From: Bigelowiella natans CCMP2755
Lineage: Eukaryota > Protista > Cercozoa
DNA: 64,000 nt
Assembly: GCA_000320545.1 (NCBI GenBank)
Contig: ADNK01003345.1
Span: 18,985 to 82,984 of the forward strand
Reading direction: 5' to 3'
In this document: positions 14,688 through 27,086 of the stretch, one piece after another
Layout of the letters: each line of letters opens with the position of its first letter
Position numbering within the stretch: position 1 is the stretch's first letter
Notes under the pieces: generated by a model
Database searches by the model: none
Seen by the model: the letters and a program-made list of their open reading frames with translations, nothing else
Told to the model about the DNA's origin: nothing
Program-made: the position numbers and the translations under genes

Positions 14688-17340
14688 CGTAGTATGTTTA
14701 TTGACTACGTTTCTGTAGTAGTAGTAGTAGTAGTAGTAGTAGTACGTAGTATGTTTATTGACTACGTTTCTGTAGTACTAGTAGTAGTAGAAGTAGCAGT
14801 AGTAGTAGTAGCAGCATAGTAGACAATCGTAAGAATGATGATGATGATGATGATGATGATTACTATATCTAGGGCGCATGCCATGTGCCGAAATCGCTGA
14901 TGCAATAGTTGAAACCGGTCGTCGTACCCTGGAAGATGCTCGCAGATTCGTGGAAAGTGAGGAGAAATGGGGTGGTGCACGTGTTGTTTATGGAGACACT
15001 GATAGCTTGTTCATCCATCTTCCTGGACGCACATGGCAACAAGCAATATCTGTGGGAAAACAAATTTGTCAGGCTGTAACAGCACGTAATCCCCCGCCAA
15101 TCAAATTGAAATTCGAGAAGGTGTATCATCCTTGCCTTTTGGTCTCTAAGAAGCGGTATGTTGGCCACATGTATGAGGACTTGCAGCAGAAGACACCCCA
15201 ATTTGATGCAAAAGGAATTGAGACTGTGCGGCGGGATAGCTGTCCTCTTGTTGCAAAGCTGATGGGATCAAGTCTACGCATTCTCTTTAATACACTTGAC
15301 CTTTCGCAAGTATAAATCACATTAATGATGATGATGATGATGATGATGATGGTGATAGTGATGATGATGCATACCTGCTTTTATGAGAACTTGATGCTGA
15401 TTCAAATATTTGCTGCTAGTGTAGAAAAAAAAATGATGATCTCCTCTTCTTCTTCTTTTACCATGAGCACTGCCACCAAGTCGGACATTTCTTCCTCTCC
15501 CTATTATTATTATTATTACACCTACTCTATCTAATTTATGAAAAAGGTGCGGAGTTATTTGTGCGCGCAATTCAGCAAAATTTGGGCCGGAAAGGTTCCC
15601 GTGAGCGATTTCGTGTTTTCCAAGGAAGTTAGACTGGGAACTTACAGGTCGTCGATGTATAAATACAATACACAATACAATAAACATATTCGCTCGTAGA
15701 TAGATACATAGATAATATAGATAATAACATGCGCTGTAAATTCGTGAGTTACCACTCTTCCTCCTCCTCATTCTCTCCCTTTATTTCTACGATGACTCAA
15801 ACCTAGTCTTCTTTCCTTCCTTCCTTCATTTCTTAGAGGTCCAACTCTCCCTCCTGCAGCATGTGTTGCTAGAAAAATGATAAAGAAAGATCCAAACTCG
15901 AAACCTTTATTTGCCCAACGTGTACGGTATGTGGTTGTTGAGGGCGGTCGTTCAGCAAAGATGGAGGAGTTGGTAGTATGTCCCTCCCAGATTGTGCACA
16001 AAGGGGGGTCGCACCGACGACGAGTCAATGCACACTACTACATTACGCGGCAAGCAATACCTGCACTAGCACGGGTACTCAATCTGTGTGGAGGAATGGT
16101 ACGATCATGGTTTGAGACGATGCCAAAACCAAGGCGTTCCACACAGGTAGTAGTAGTAGTAGTAGTACATGAGGAGGAGGAAGAGGAGGAAGAGGATAGC
16201 ATCTAACTTAAAATAGAAGGAAACACTACTATAGATTACTACTACATGCTTTGCTCGTTTTTCTCTCTTTCTTTATCCACTGGAATCTTGACGACTCTTT
16301 TACTTACTACCACCAAAGTAAAGCCATTATCTCCGCTTTAACATCACTCTATCATATAATAATCACATCTCCTTCTTTCACCAACTATGTGGCCTGCTTA
16401 TGTTCGTCTCTTGCTGTTTTAGCTTATGGACAATGTGGGGTCTTCAGGCACTCTTCGCAGGTCTTGATAATGATATGATATCTATGTATAAATTGTGTGC
16501 AGTTTATACAAAACACACGAACTTTAAACTGACACAACACATCCACATTCGTATGGCCCACATCCAAATCCACATCCAAATCTACACACATACGCAGAGA
16601 GTGACACGCTCGATAAACACACCTTGTGTATTATTATATATATACATGCGTTTGATATTGCGTTCGTATATGAAAAATGATTGATGTTGATCAGTTACTA
16701 TTCCTCTACACATTGTATCGTCTGCGACAAGCAGGTCCTGCCAATGATTCTCTCGATGCTTAGTCTAGTTCGAATGCGACCAACACTCAGTTTCTCCATT
16801 GAATCACCTTTTCGTGCGAAAAATGAAATCAAGTTTCCCTCACATTTGGATAATAATGCTACCGTTGGGAACTTTATAAAACAGATAACAGGTTCAAGTA
16901 TGCACAGCAATTCACGCACCAGAATAAGCCAGAGCTTGTGTAAGACATGTCGCACTCGACCTGGTTTAGCTCAAATTGCTCTAATACGGCAACAACAGAG
17001 ACTAGAGAGACGGGCAGGAAAACTCGATTCCATTTGTATTAGCTGCTGTGAACTCAAAGCTGGCGGTCAATGTGCGGCGATTGCTCCGGTAGCGTATAAT
17101 GCGCGGGGTCAGGATCAGCATCAGCACCATCGTCAGCATGCTTCATGTGGCGTAGCAGCAGCAGGTTCAAGCACATGCACTGGATACGGAGTGGAGGATC
17201 CAATTCCTTGCGAATCACTCGCATGCCCCATCTTTTACGAGCGTCATGCCATCCGTTCTAGGCTTAGAAGTTTCGAAAAGAGCTGCGGGGCCACTGGTAT
17301 CGATACCTCGCCGTCGCCGGTAAGTGAATGGAATACCTAG
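29..17340 (+). CDS. REV3: DNA polymerase zeta catalytic subunit (family B), multi-exon; 5' end lies upstream of the window
   Basis: GT-AG exons spell REV3 motifs in order: 29-82 (RVPVIK), 344-393 (VFGTTPAGQKACVHVHG), ~1547-1628 (KFLRIEFVDPNSVQRAAVLFQ), 1805-1866 plus 2183 onward (QAHIPYILSFLADHNLVGM), YQEPFFSDP (~8640), DPDILLGYEV..SWGYL (~12070), 13202 onward (VFGIRFISVLQRGSQYRVES), 13621-13753 (DFQSLYPS), 14143-14549 (KLVANVTYGYTSAGFSG), 14873-15309 (YGDTDSLF, SKKRYVG, KGIETVRRD), 15547-15647, 15837-16146, 16423-16460 and 16695-17340 with the C-terminal Cys motifs (CIVC/CKTC, CISC/CESLAC). Internal exon boundaries between 3.4 and 10.5 kb are approximate. Confidence 0.96.
14550..14815 (+). 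repeat. Four tandem copies of a ~60-70 bp unit (gtacgtaatatgtttattgactacgtttctgtagtag + (GTA)n) in a REV3 intron; each unit starts with the 5' splice site
   Basis: Copies start at 14550, 14622, 14685 and 14742; the first coincides with the donor after AGFSG. Confidence 0.9.
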
Positions 17341-18443
17341 ATGGTGAGAAGATCAGAAGTTTGCATGCATGAAGATGAAGTGAATTTTCATATGACAGGG
17401 ATTAATGAATTACCATACTATCGAGTTGCTGCATGATGGGCTTACATTCAAATTTGCGTTTATGTTATAATGCAATGTAATGCAACCGCGCCTCATTTTC
17501 AGCGCTTGTACCGCTAGACCAGCATACACGTGATGATAATGTATGTGGCGAATTCCAATGCACCACATGCTACATGCACGCATTATTGCAATTGAATCTC
17601 GCGCATATATAACGCCCCTTTCAGATATGAGTGCAAGAACTCGGTTCGTCGCATGATTTGCTATGCTGAAAGTCAATCGATATCGATGATGTACGTAGAT
17701 TAAGCAAAATGCTAAAAATCTATACGTGCTAGCGTGTATCTTGTCAATCGCATCCTCCGATGCACACGCACATCAGGCGGTAACTGTGCATGTGTAGCAG
17801 ACGTAATGGGACGCCACAAGGCACAAAGGTAGCGACCTGCATAGCTGGTTAAATGTACATATTCCGATCTATCTCTACATCTGCTAGAGATCTGCGCGCA
17901 CGTGCGTGCTAGCGTGCGCGATGAGGATGAAATGTGCATCGATAGCTTTTTGACGCGACGACTACGCCAGTACGTTTCACACATGCATGCAATGCTTCTA
18001 CTAGAAGCTCCGAACGGCGCCACGCCGCCCGTGCGATGAGCTACAACATCTGGCTGTACATACATGCATCCTGTCCGTAACACGGTCAAACTGTATGCAA
18101 ATTCTACATTGAAACGATGCAGGTGCGCCCAACCCCAAGTAATTTACGTACAAGATCGCATTGATGCGTGGCGTGCCGGTGCAGACATGTCTAGATATAT
18201 AATTGTCAACCGCACCGCATGGCAATCTAGATCATGATAAACATTCGAACATGTGCGTTCACAGCTTTTTTCACACTGTAATCTGGTCCACACATTATTT
18301 AGGCAAACTGTGATCTGTCGCATCTAATTACTTTTTAACTGTCGCAGGAATAAAACCGGGCGGAAATAGAATGTTACGCGAAACGCCATACCACTCATTT
18401 GTCACTGTCATGGCAGTGCCCACATAGATTTTCCATATGATTA

Positions 18444-21400
18444 TCATTTCCGTTGAAAGAAGCTCAACATCGTTTTCACTTTTTTCTTTTTTTTCCCTGC
18501 AAGACACATAAATATGAAGGGGTTAAGTCTTCTTGAAATGATCAGAGAAATGAAATGTACCATCTTCTTGATCCTTGTTGCTGGCCTCTGTCTTGGATTT
18601 GGTTGCATTTGTTTTTTGGATTTCAGAAGAATTTGAGTCTTCAATGGACAATCTAGATTTCTTTGCTTTTTTGGTGTTCTTGGATTTCTTAGATCTCGTC
18701 CCAGATCCCCCCGATCCCTTTGCGCTGCCTCCTGATGCCTAGAAATGAAGAGTATTTAGTATTCACATCTTATCGCATTGCAAATTTCTTCACTTTCTCT
18801 CCAATCTCGAGCGTGGAAGTGTTCGGAGAATTTGCATCGTCAGCTGCCTTCTTATCTTTGTCTTGTAAACCTGGTATCTCGATTTCCTCTTCTTCATCAA
18901 CTTCCACGGTAACTTGCACAATAAATTGACTTTAGAAGATTACGACAACAGAAGATAACGGCAATATCCATTTATTATGTTCACCAACCGAGATATCCGT
19001 TTTCATCCATGTGGCTTTTGGTTACTTTCTTACAGACCTACAAAAAACGGTACTCAAGATCAATTGAATACCAACAATTTATTTAAACACCACACGATGT
19101 ATTTATATTTTCGGCACTACTAGTGCCATTTGAAGCGCCGTAACCTTCCTCTTAGATGCATTCTTCTTGAAGTAGCTCTTGAAATTTTGAGCTTCTGGAT
19201 CCTCTTCTTCTGAGAGATTTTCTTCTTCGAGCTCCTAAAATTTGTTTACTATGAATTACTTGCCTCTTTCTACATGTGTCTGAAATGGGCAAACCCTCTG
19301 TTTCCGTTCCTTTTCTTCAGCAATACAAGCTGCATGCCTTGCATTGATCGCATCAACCTTAAGATATGGAGCAAAATGCAACACTCAAACCGACGAGATT
19401 CTCATCATCTGAACCGATGTTCAGTTTTAGGGTGATTAAACATACCTCTTCTTGCATTTCTAGCTCTTCAATACTGGGGCCTAGATATAAGATGAATGAG
19501 AGAAAAAGCAAAGTCAAGGCATGATATTATAATAAGATACTGCATATATTATCTTCTCAACCAGCATAGTCAAGGCATGATATTATAAGAAGATGCTGCA
19601 TATATTATCTCCTTAACCAGCATAGTCATCTTCATCCGACTCTTCATCCGACTCCTCGATAACCTTCCTCTTCCTGTTCTTTCCCCTTTTCCTGCAACGT
19701 CAATTTTGAGCGCACCAAGATCTGACTTTCGTGCAGTTATTTGTGAACACCACCGATGGCCATTACCTTGTTATTGTGGCATCATCCTCCGCATGATCTT
19801 GTTTCTTTTTTGATTTTGACTTCCGCCTCTTTTTCTTAGGCTGTCCAGTATCATCAGGATTGTATGTATTATATGTTTTGACACCATCAAGTTTCAAAAT
19901 TTCATACCTTGACATCTTCCATAATATCACTCTCCGTTTGGATTTCATCTTCAATTAAATTTGTTTCATCCTGAAGTTGTAAGGGGGAACCAAACTGAGA
20001 TTACATGGGGCATTCACTGGAGAATGAGGATACCTCGTCACAAACTACATTATCTGCATCGCTCTCCTTATCATCCATTTGCTGTTTCGACTTTTTAGGT
20101 TTGCTGAATGCATGTAGTTGTTAAGGATTATTTACCAATGAATTTCAAATGTATGATGGTGCATACCTAGAAGCTGCTTTGAACATCATTGCAAGCCGGG
20201 TTCCAGTTGCTGAGGCTCCCTTAGATATCTTCGGCTGGGAAATCGAGTTTGAAGAATTTCTTTTCGATTCCAATTGAACCTTCCCAACACATTCGATAAA
20301 TTTGTGTTGTAGGCGACAACGATTACTTACATTAGTCTTTGGTTTCTCTGAAGATGGATTTGCAGCCTTCTTTGCAGAATTGCTGTTACCCTTAGAGGTT
20401 GAGGTTATTTTCTTCCCCCCTGTTTCGTTGTAAAATGACGGGTTTCTTCAAATTGAAAATAATCTACTCATACTAAAAGCGTAAAATTTTGCCTGCAGAT
20501 GCCTTTGCTTCAGATTTTTCAACCACTGGTTTGAAATGAAGTCCTGTGCTACTGGATTTTTTCGAAACTGGTTTACATTTACTCTTTCAATCCAAGTTGA
20601 ACGATTCAATAGATAATTAAATCATGAATTTATTGGTACCGTGTTTCCTCGGGCGTTTTGGCTCAACGCCTTCTTTTTGGAAAGAGATCTTGACCTGTGA
20701 CTCTTGTATTTTACTGTTGCTGACTATACTACACCTGTTCATGATGTCATCATCAAATAGTAGAGAAACAATTAATACGTTATATAGATTTTGATTGGTA
20801 ATATATACCAATTTAGACTGAAGCAGTTGGCCTTTTTGTCTTGGGTCTCTAATTGCTTTAGGCGGCGAAGATAGAATTCACGTTGTTGGGCTCCGTCAAG
20901 TGCAGCAAGAGTATCGTAGTATACGGACAGATCTTTACAATTTAAAAAATCAGCAGATCATCAAGCAGAGTTACGACCAACTTAAGCAAGTGATACCAAT
21001 CTTGGTGGCACTTTGTTTCTCCTTTTCTTCATTTCCTTGTTTATGCTTCTTGCGCAAGCTGTGAACGTGAATAGAATCCACTTCAGCTGTTTTCTTCAAT
21101 TCTGTGAAATCAAGGAAGATAGAAAAAAGATTAATTTAAATTATTATCAAAACCAGAAAGATTTGAATACTTACCCTCAAGCCTGTCCTGTTGAACCAAC
21201 TCAGCAAAGAGCGAGTGTGGATTGTCGTTCGCCCTACACGGAAAAAAATCTGAGCCATGGCATTGTAAAATTGTTTACATTTTGTACCTTCCCGATACGA
21301 AATAAATAGCTTCTAAATCAGCATTATTGCGACTGTAGAACTCAAAAAGGATCCTTTTCGAGAGGTTTGCTGGAGTTTGTAAGTGCATGGACAGCCACCG

Positions 21401-21549
21401 GTAAGAAACCTTTTCAAAGCCAAAAGTTAATGCCGTAACGATATGTCAATTGTCTCATCTATTCGAACCGGGGTTGCAGATTGCTTAACTCGAGAATCAA
21501 GCTCTTGAAAGATCTCATCAAGATCCAGGGAAGGGGACGTGATGGCCAT
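18444..21549 (-). CDS. POLD3: DNA polymerase delta/zeta accessory subunit 3 (Pol32/Cdc27/p66), multi-exon with short introns
   Basis: The spliced N-terminus reads MAITSPSLDLDEIFQELDSRVKQSATP|VSYRWLSMHLQTPANLSKRILFEFY..LEAIYFVSG|..LEELKKTAEVDSIHVHSLRK. This matches the POLD3 winged-helix motifs as I recall them (VTYKWLS, AKQMLY, TYLVSG, SIHVYSIQK). The middle is charged and low-complexity. The last exon ends KKKKKVKTMLSFFQRK*, a terminal PIP-box-like motif resembling human POLD3 QVSITGFFQRK*. Confidence 0.88.
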
Positions 21550-21669
21550 GATGCAAAGGTCTGGTGTTTCGAATGCACCGGAACGCTTTCCCGGGGCGCG
21601 AATTTAATTGTGAAAAAAAAATGTTCGGAATCACTTGGCATCTGTTCAAAAACCATTTGGTTTTAGCTC

Positions 21670-23250
21670 TGCGACAAATGCTGCGAGTCACAGATGGCCT
21701 TGAACAAAATCCGACCATCACATTGCACAAACACCAGAAACGCATCCCTTTTTGTTGTTGCGTCTCATTCATCAACACAATGAGGTCAAGTTCATCATTC
21801 ATTGTTTGTTCTTCAAGATGATCCAATCGCAGATCGTCGTGTGGACATGGCCTTCAGGAAGTTTTTGCTCAGAGTGGAGGTCTTGCGCCGTCAGAATTTT
21901 GCCGCCAGTGTCATTGCCTCTCAATGACCAAGTCATGCCATTTTGGCAAACCAGCTAGTTGATTTGCTAGTCACAGTCCTCACTGAAACCAGTTCGAGGC
22001 ACTGCACTTTGCACACTGCAAGTGTCTTGCAACACTTTGGAAGTGTAGTTCTTCATCATTGTTTCATTGTTTCATTGTTTCAAGTCCAACATCATTTTTG
22101 AACTTGAGGGAAAGTTGAAGCAGTGAAGCAGTCCAGCAAGCAGCCCAGCGCAGTCAAGCAGTCAGGTTGTGCTCATCACAGCACCAGAGCAGCCAACGTG
22201 TCACTTTTTGGTCCTCGTTGACATTTCAGCTCGAAGCACTGCGTTTCGCACTTTGCAAGTCACGCAACACTTTGGAAGTGTGGTCGATCACTAAGTTTCT
22301 TTCCTTGTTTGTTCGTTTCTCCCTTTCGAGCGATCCGAGACGAACCTTGACCTCGATCTCAACCACTCGTTCGTTCATCGTTCGTTCGTTCACACGCGCT
22401 TTTGCAATTTCGACTTTTTTGACGTGCAGCGGTCTTCAGCATTGCACTCATTGCTTTGCACGATGCCAGCTGGTTGCCATGCCAAAGTCAAAAAAGTTGT
22501 TTTTTTCAAAAAAATCATCAAGGTGAACTCAGAACTGGCTCCACCCGTGTCTTTGCTCTGGTGCTGCGCGCTGAAGCACGAAGAAAATCGAAACTTTTGT
22601 TCCTGAGAGTTGGCCATCAAAACTTCAATGGCCGGAAAACAAGTCATTTGGTTTGAGTTTTGCAAACAAAAAAGTTTCCAAGCGGCGCAGCCGATGTCGG
22701 CTAGTTGCGAGTGACCAAGCGCCAGAGCGTTCAAGCCAGCAAGTGGTCCTCGCGTTTGCCACCACCACGTGAAACGCTGGCATGAGGCGGAGCTTCCTCA
22801 CGCACGCTCCAGCGCTGGCAGCGCAGCACATGAGCACGTTGTCTGTTGGCTGTTCAGCTGTGCACCGCCGTGTCTCGAGTGCCAATCAGCGTGACATTTC
22901 ACTTGCTCGTTCACTCCACTTGCGCTCAATTGTGACAATGCGTGCGTGAAGCATTGATCATTGCAAGTTCTTTCACCACACTCGATCTGGCATTGCACGC
23001 AGGTTTTCCACACGTGCGTGCATGATCCTGGGCGGATCGATCGATCGATCAATTGTGATCCCATGGAGTGGGTTTCAATGACACGCACGCATTGGACATG
23101 CTGCAGAGACTTCGTGCGCCATCATTGAATTGATCGACGAATGAACACACGGAGCAACGATGTCACACATCACGCCATGCTACGTGCACCAGTGCACAAC
23201 TGCTGCTGTTCCAGCAACGCACAAACCAACACACCTGCAGAATGCTTCGT
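21670..23250. other. TpA-depleted intergenic block 1
   Basis: Manual count finds 6 TA in ~1.6 kb (21956, 21968, 22046, 22292, 22702, 23181), all in CTA or TAG context; CA, TG and CG are abundant. Confidence 0.92.
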
Positions 23251-23851
23251 CACATCTATTTTTTTTCAAAAGCATGCACACAGACGCATCATTCACCCGT
23301 TGATCCGTGCTCACACACGGACTCAAGCACTGCATTCTGATTGCAGTCACATTGATCTGATGAATGCTACCTTCTATTTTGTGTCTCTGCTGGCCAGGAT
23401 TTACAACAGGATGTTTTTTCGAAAGCGCATGTTCCTGGTCCACAGTCACAAAAACCTCGCATGATTCCTTCCAATTGTATTTCATGTCCCAGAGACCTAT
23501 GGCATCTTTGTAACAAGCATTACCGCATCTGAATAGGGTTACTGTTGCAATCCACCTCGTCCCCCCCCCTCTCCCTAGATACAACTTCATCAAACCGATT
23601 TAAATAACATGAAAACACATCAATTCCTTGCAACTAATTTGACGCGGTAACGTATGCTTCACAGAGCTCAATGGTAATTTCTATTTAAAATATCTCATCG
23701 ATAGTACCTAAAAGCGCACACGGAGCATAATGTAGCATCAACTCTCATTTTACATGTTTTGCAAGTATAAAGATACCTAAATGAAATAAGTGACATTAAT
23801 TAATATGTTTGATCATGTCAGTTTGTCAGTAAAATTCGTCATATATGTACA

Positions 23852-23929
<78 letters not shown>

Positions 23930-24022
23930 TATAAATATGAAGTTATAAATTCAAATACGATTCAATTGCAATACTTAAATTAGAAAGATGGAACAAAATG
24001 GTTGCTTCATTGTATCAATTGA

Positions 24023-25758
24023 TTACTGCGCTGTAGCTTTAAATCCCGTAACAAATGTGGTACAGAAAGATGAAGACCTGACAGTTGACATTTAATTTAT
24101 TCACATTTCCAAGCATGATAACATCAAAAAAGAAGAAAAGCAATCTTTTCAGTTAATATCCAATATGCTACTACAACCTCGTCACGTTAGAATACTTCCT
24201 AACGATGTCAGGACTGCACTTCAATTCCGATATGAATTCATTTGAAACATATCTAACAAGAAGAACCAAATCATAGTGCAAATTATATGACAGAAAGGTA
24301 TTGATGCTTCTTAGTATAATTGTAGGAAGCCGCCATATCTTGAATTATTTCCCATTTTTATCAATTATTCACATGTACTTGAGGGACCGCCTTGTATTCA
24401 ACTATCGACAATAAGACTTCTCGATGCATGAGAAAGTCTGAAAGCTTGTTAGACATTATTTCTACGTAAAGACATCAGATATACTACCTTTGATTGACCC
24501 TCCTTAAGAGCTTTGATTTAGCAGCTTGCCTCAGTCTATGTGAGATACACAAGGTAGATACATTTACATACAACTGTGACGGATAATTCTGAATCAAGTA
24601 GCTTCTTTCTATTCTGACAGTGTGTTTCTATATCCCTAAAAAATCATAAATTTGTGTGATCACTTCGCATTATTACATCCTCATCAATTGGTGCGATGTA
24701 ATGTTTTAATGATACCTCCGCATTTGTTTCTCTGTGGATGGGGCATATCTATATTCCATCCACAACAATGAAATTTATTTAACTAATTAATTGTAAAAGT
24801 ACGACGTAAAAGTGCATAAAAACCAATTTTCTGCAGTAATTATTAACGGTACGACGATTTTGATTGCACATCGGCCGCCACAAAAAAGGCAGTCATTTTG
24901 GTTAGAAGTTTCGTGAATTTTATTATTCCTTTTGGTCTATTTTTTTGTGAATTTCATGACACTGAGATTCGTACGAGTCGTATAATATGTTTGCTGAAAC
25001 CGTCTGTGTGCAAAAAATACTTCGACGACAAAAAAGGTCATTTGTTTCGTCGTAGTATTTTTGCTAAACCTATCTGCTATATTATCTACTTTCAATTTAT
25101 AGAGGAGATAACTAATGAATATGATATCATAGTATGATTCTGTCTAACACCTGCATTCATTAAGAGAAACGTCCACAAGATATTTCAGCTTATCCCTAAG
25201 TGAGCAGGAAATGAGGAAGAAGAAAGGAGAAAGTAGAATTTCTTGAAATATTAAGTTATCATGGATAACGATGTAACATAATGATAGCTATTCTCAATCA
25301 AAAGTAATTAAATGATTTTACATATATATTATATATATATAATATGTGCATATACATATATCAATTTCTCTGCCATAATTAAGCTAATATCAACATCATC
25401 ATCATAAGCACCATCATGTTGAAAACTTATTCCTATCTCCTACTTTATATTTTCAACACTCTGAACTGTAATATCTGATAGTCCTCTCAAATCCAAAAAG
25501 TGTAGCTTCTGCAAGGAATTTAAAGTCAATCAAAACAAACATTTTGGTCAAATTCAGTGAGAAGGACGGAAAATATGCTGTATCCCAGAAGAGAAAGAAA
25601 AGAGAAAAGAGACAAATAATTATGTATTAGACATATCGAGTGAGTGAGAGTTTTCTGTATATTGGCATAAAAGATTCACACCAATATTTATAGATAATAA
25701 ATAAAATCTCTGGCATTTTCGCTTCACTACGATTCCTCTCTGACTTCTCACCTCTCAC

Positions 25759-25790
<32 letters not shown>

Positions 25791-26032
25791 GATTAACAAA
25801 AGTGATTCATTGTGTACTCACGTCTGTACCGGGCAACATTCTATAACTTTGCTTATATCTTCATCAGAAATATTTCTCAAATCCCTCAGACTAAGGTATC
25901 TAAAGAAGGATTATTGTGTGAAAGTAGTATTAGGATAGATACCGGAAGATACCATGTGATGTTGGTAATACTAATAGTCGTTTACATATTATGGTACATA
26001 TGCAATTTTGAGTAATGGTGGCTGTAATGATA

Positions 26033-26064
<32 letters not shown>

Positions 26065-26713
26065 GATGATAATGAAGATGATGATGATCAGAATATGATT
26101 ACGATGATTAATATAAAGTTTATATTCCATACATATATGCATGCATGACATGTATGTGGTCAAATTTTCTCGAAGATGAGCACAACCACCTGATTTCGGT
26201 CGGAAACATAGGATTCAAAACTATTTGACCGCAAGATTGTATTGAAAGCTACAAAAAATCATAGATCATGAATTCAATGCGTGAATTTATTAAGAATCAA
26301 TACCCACTTCCATTCTACTGCTGCTGCTGCTGCTGCTGCTGCTACTTACTGCTGCTGCTACTACCATTTTAAGATGACGGAATGGTGTGTGTAGGATATA
26401 TTCACAGTGAAATGGGGAACCTGTGATGTAGCAATTTGTTTTTAATTCGAGTTCTATTATGTATCTCTACGATTCGAGAATGTATAATTTAGTATTTGAA
26501 GCACATCCTGTCAATTCCAGCTCTTCCAAACAAGTGAACTGAAAACACAATCATCGAAATTGCAATTATTTATTAAATAAGGTAGAATTATAGTTTCAGA
26601 TACTTATGTTGCCCAAATTGCATGAACCATGATTGTTGTGCATTTTATTTTTATTTACCATTGGGTGATGAGTCTCTCCCAATTCTTTGCAATCGAAAGC
26701 TGATTTCCATATT

Positions 26714-26750
<37 letters not shown>

Positions 26751-26879
26751 ATGTATATAACATATATACATATATACATTTATATTTAAAATTTACATAC
26801 CTTAGAAAAATTGAGTACAGGTAATTTATATATGTGATTTCTTTCTATATCTTTTTTTTACTGACTCACGTAGAGCCGG

Positions 26880-26925
<46 letters not shown>

Positions 26926-27047
26926 ACATCACTGCCAGTTTACACACGTATGTCTGTAGCCCGAAAGTGTTTAATCGTCTCTTGAAGATTCCCTGGACAA
27001 TAAGACGACAGAGGAGAAAGACAGAGAGAAAGAAAGAGAGAATACGT

Positions 27048-27086
<39 letters not shown>

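Noticed and set aside
14550-14815. CRISPR-like repeat-spacer array
   Set aside because: The spacers are just variable (GTA)n tracts inside a eukaryotic intron, and no cas genes are present.
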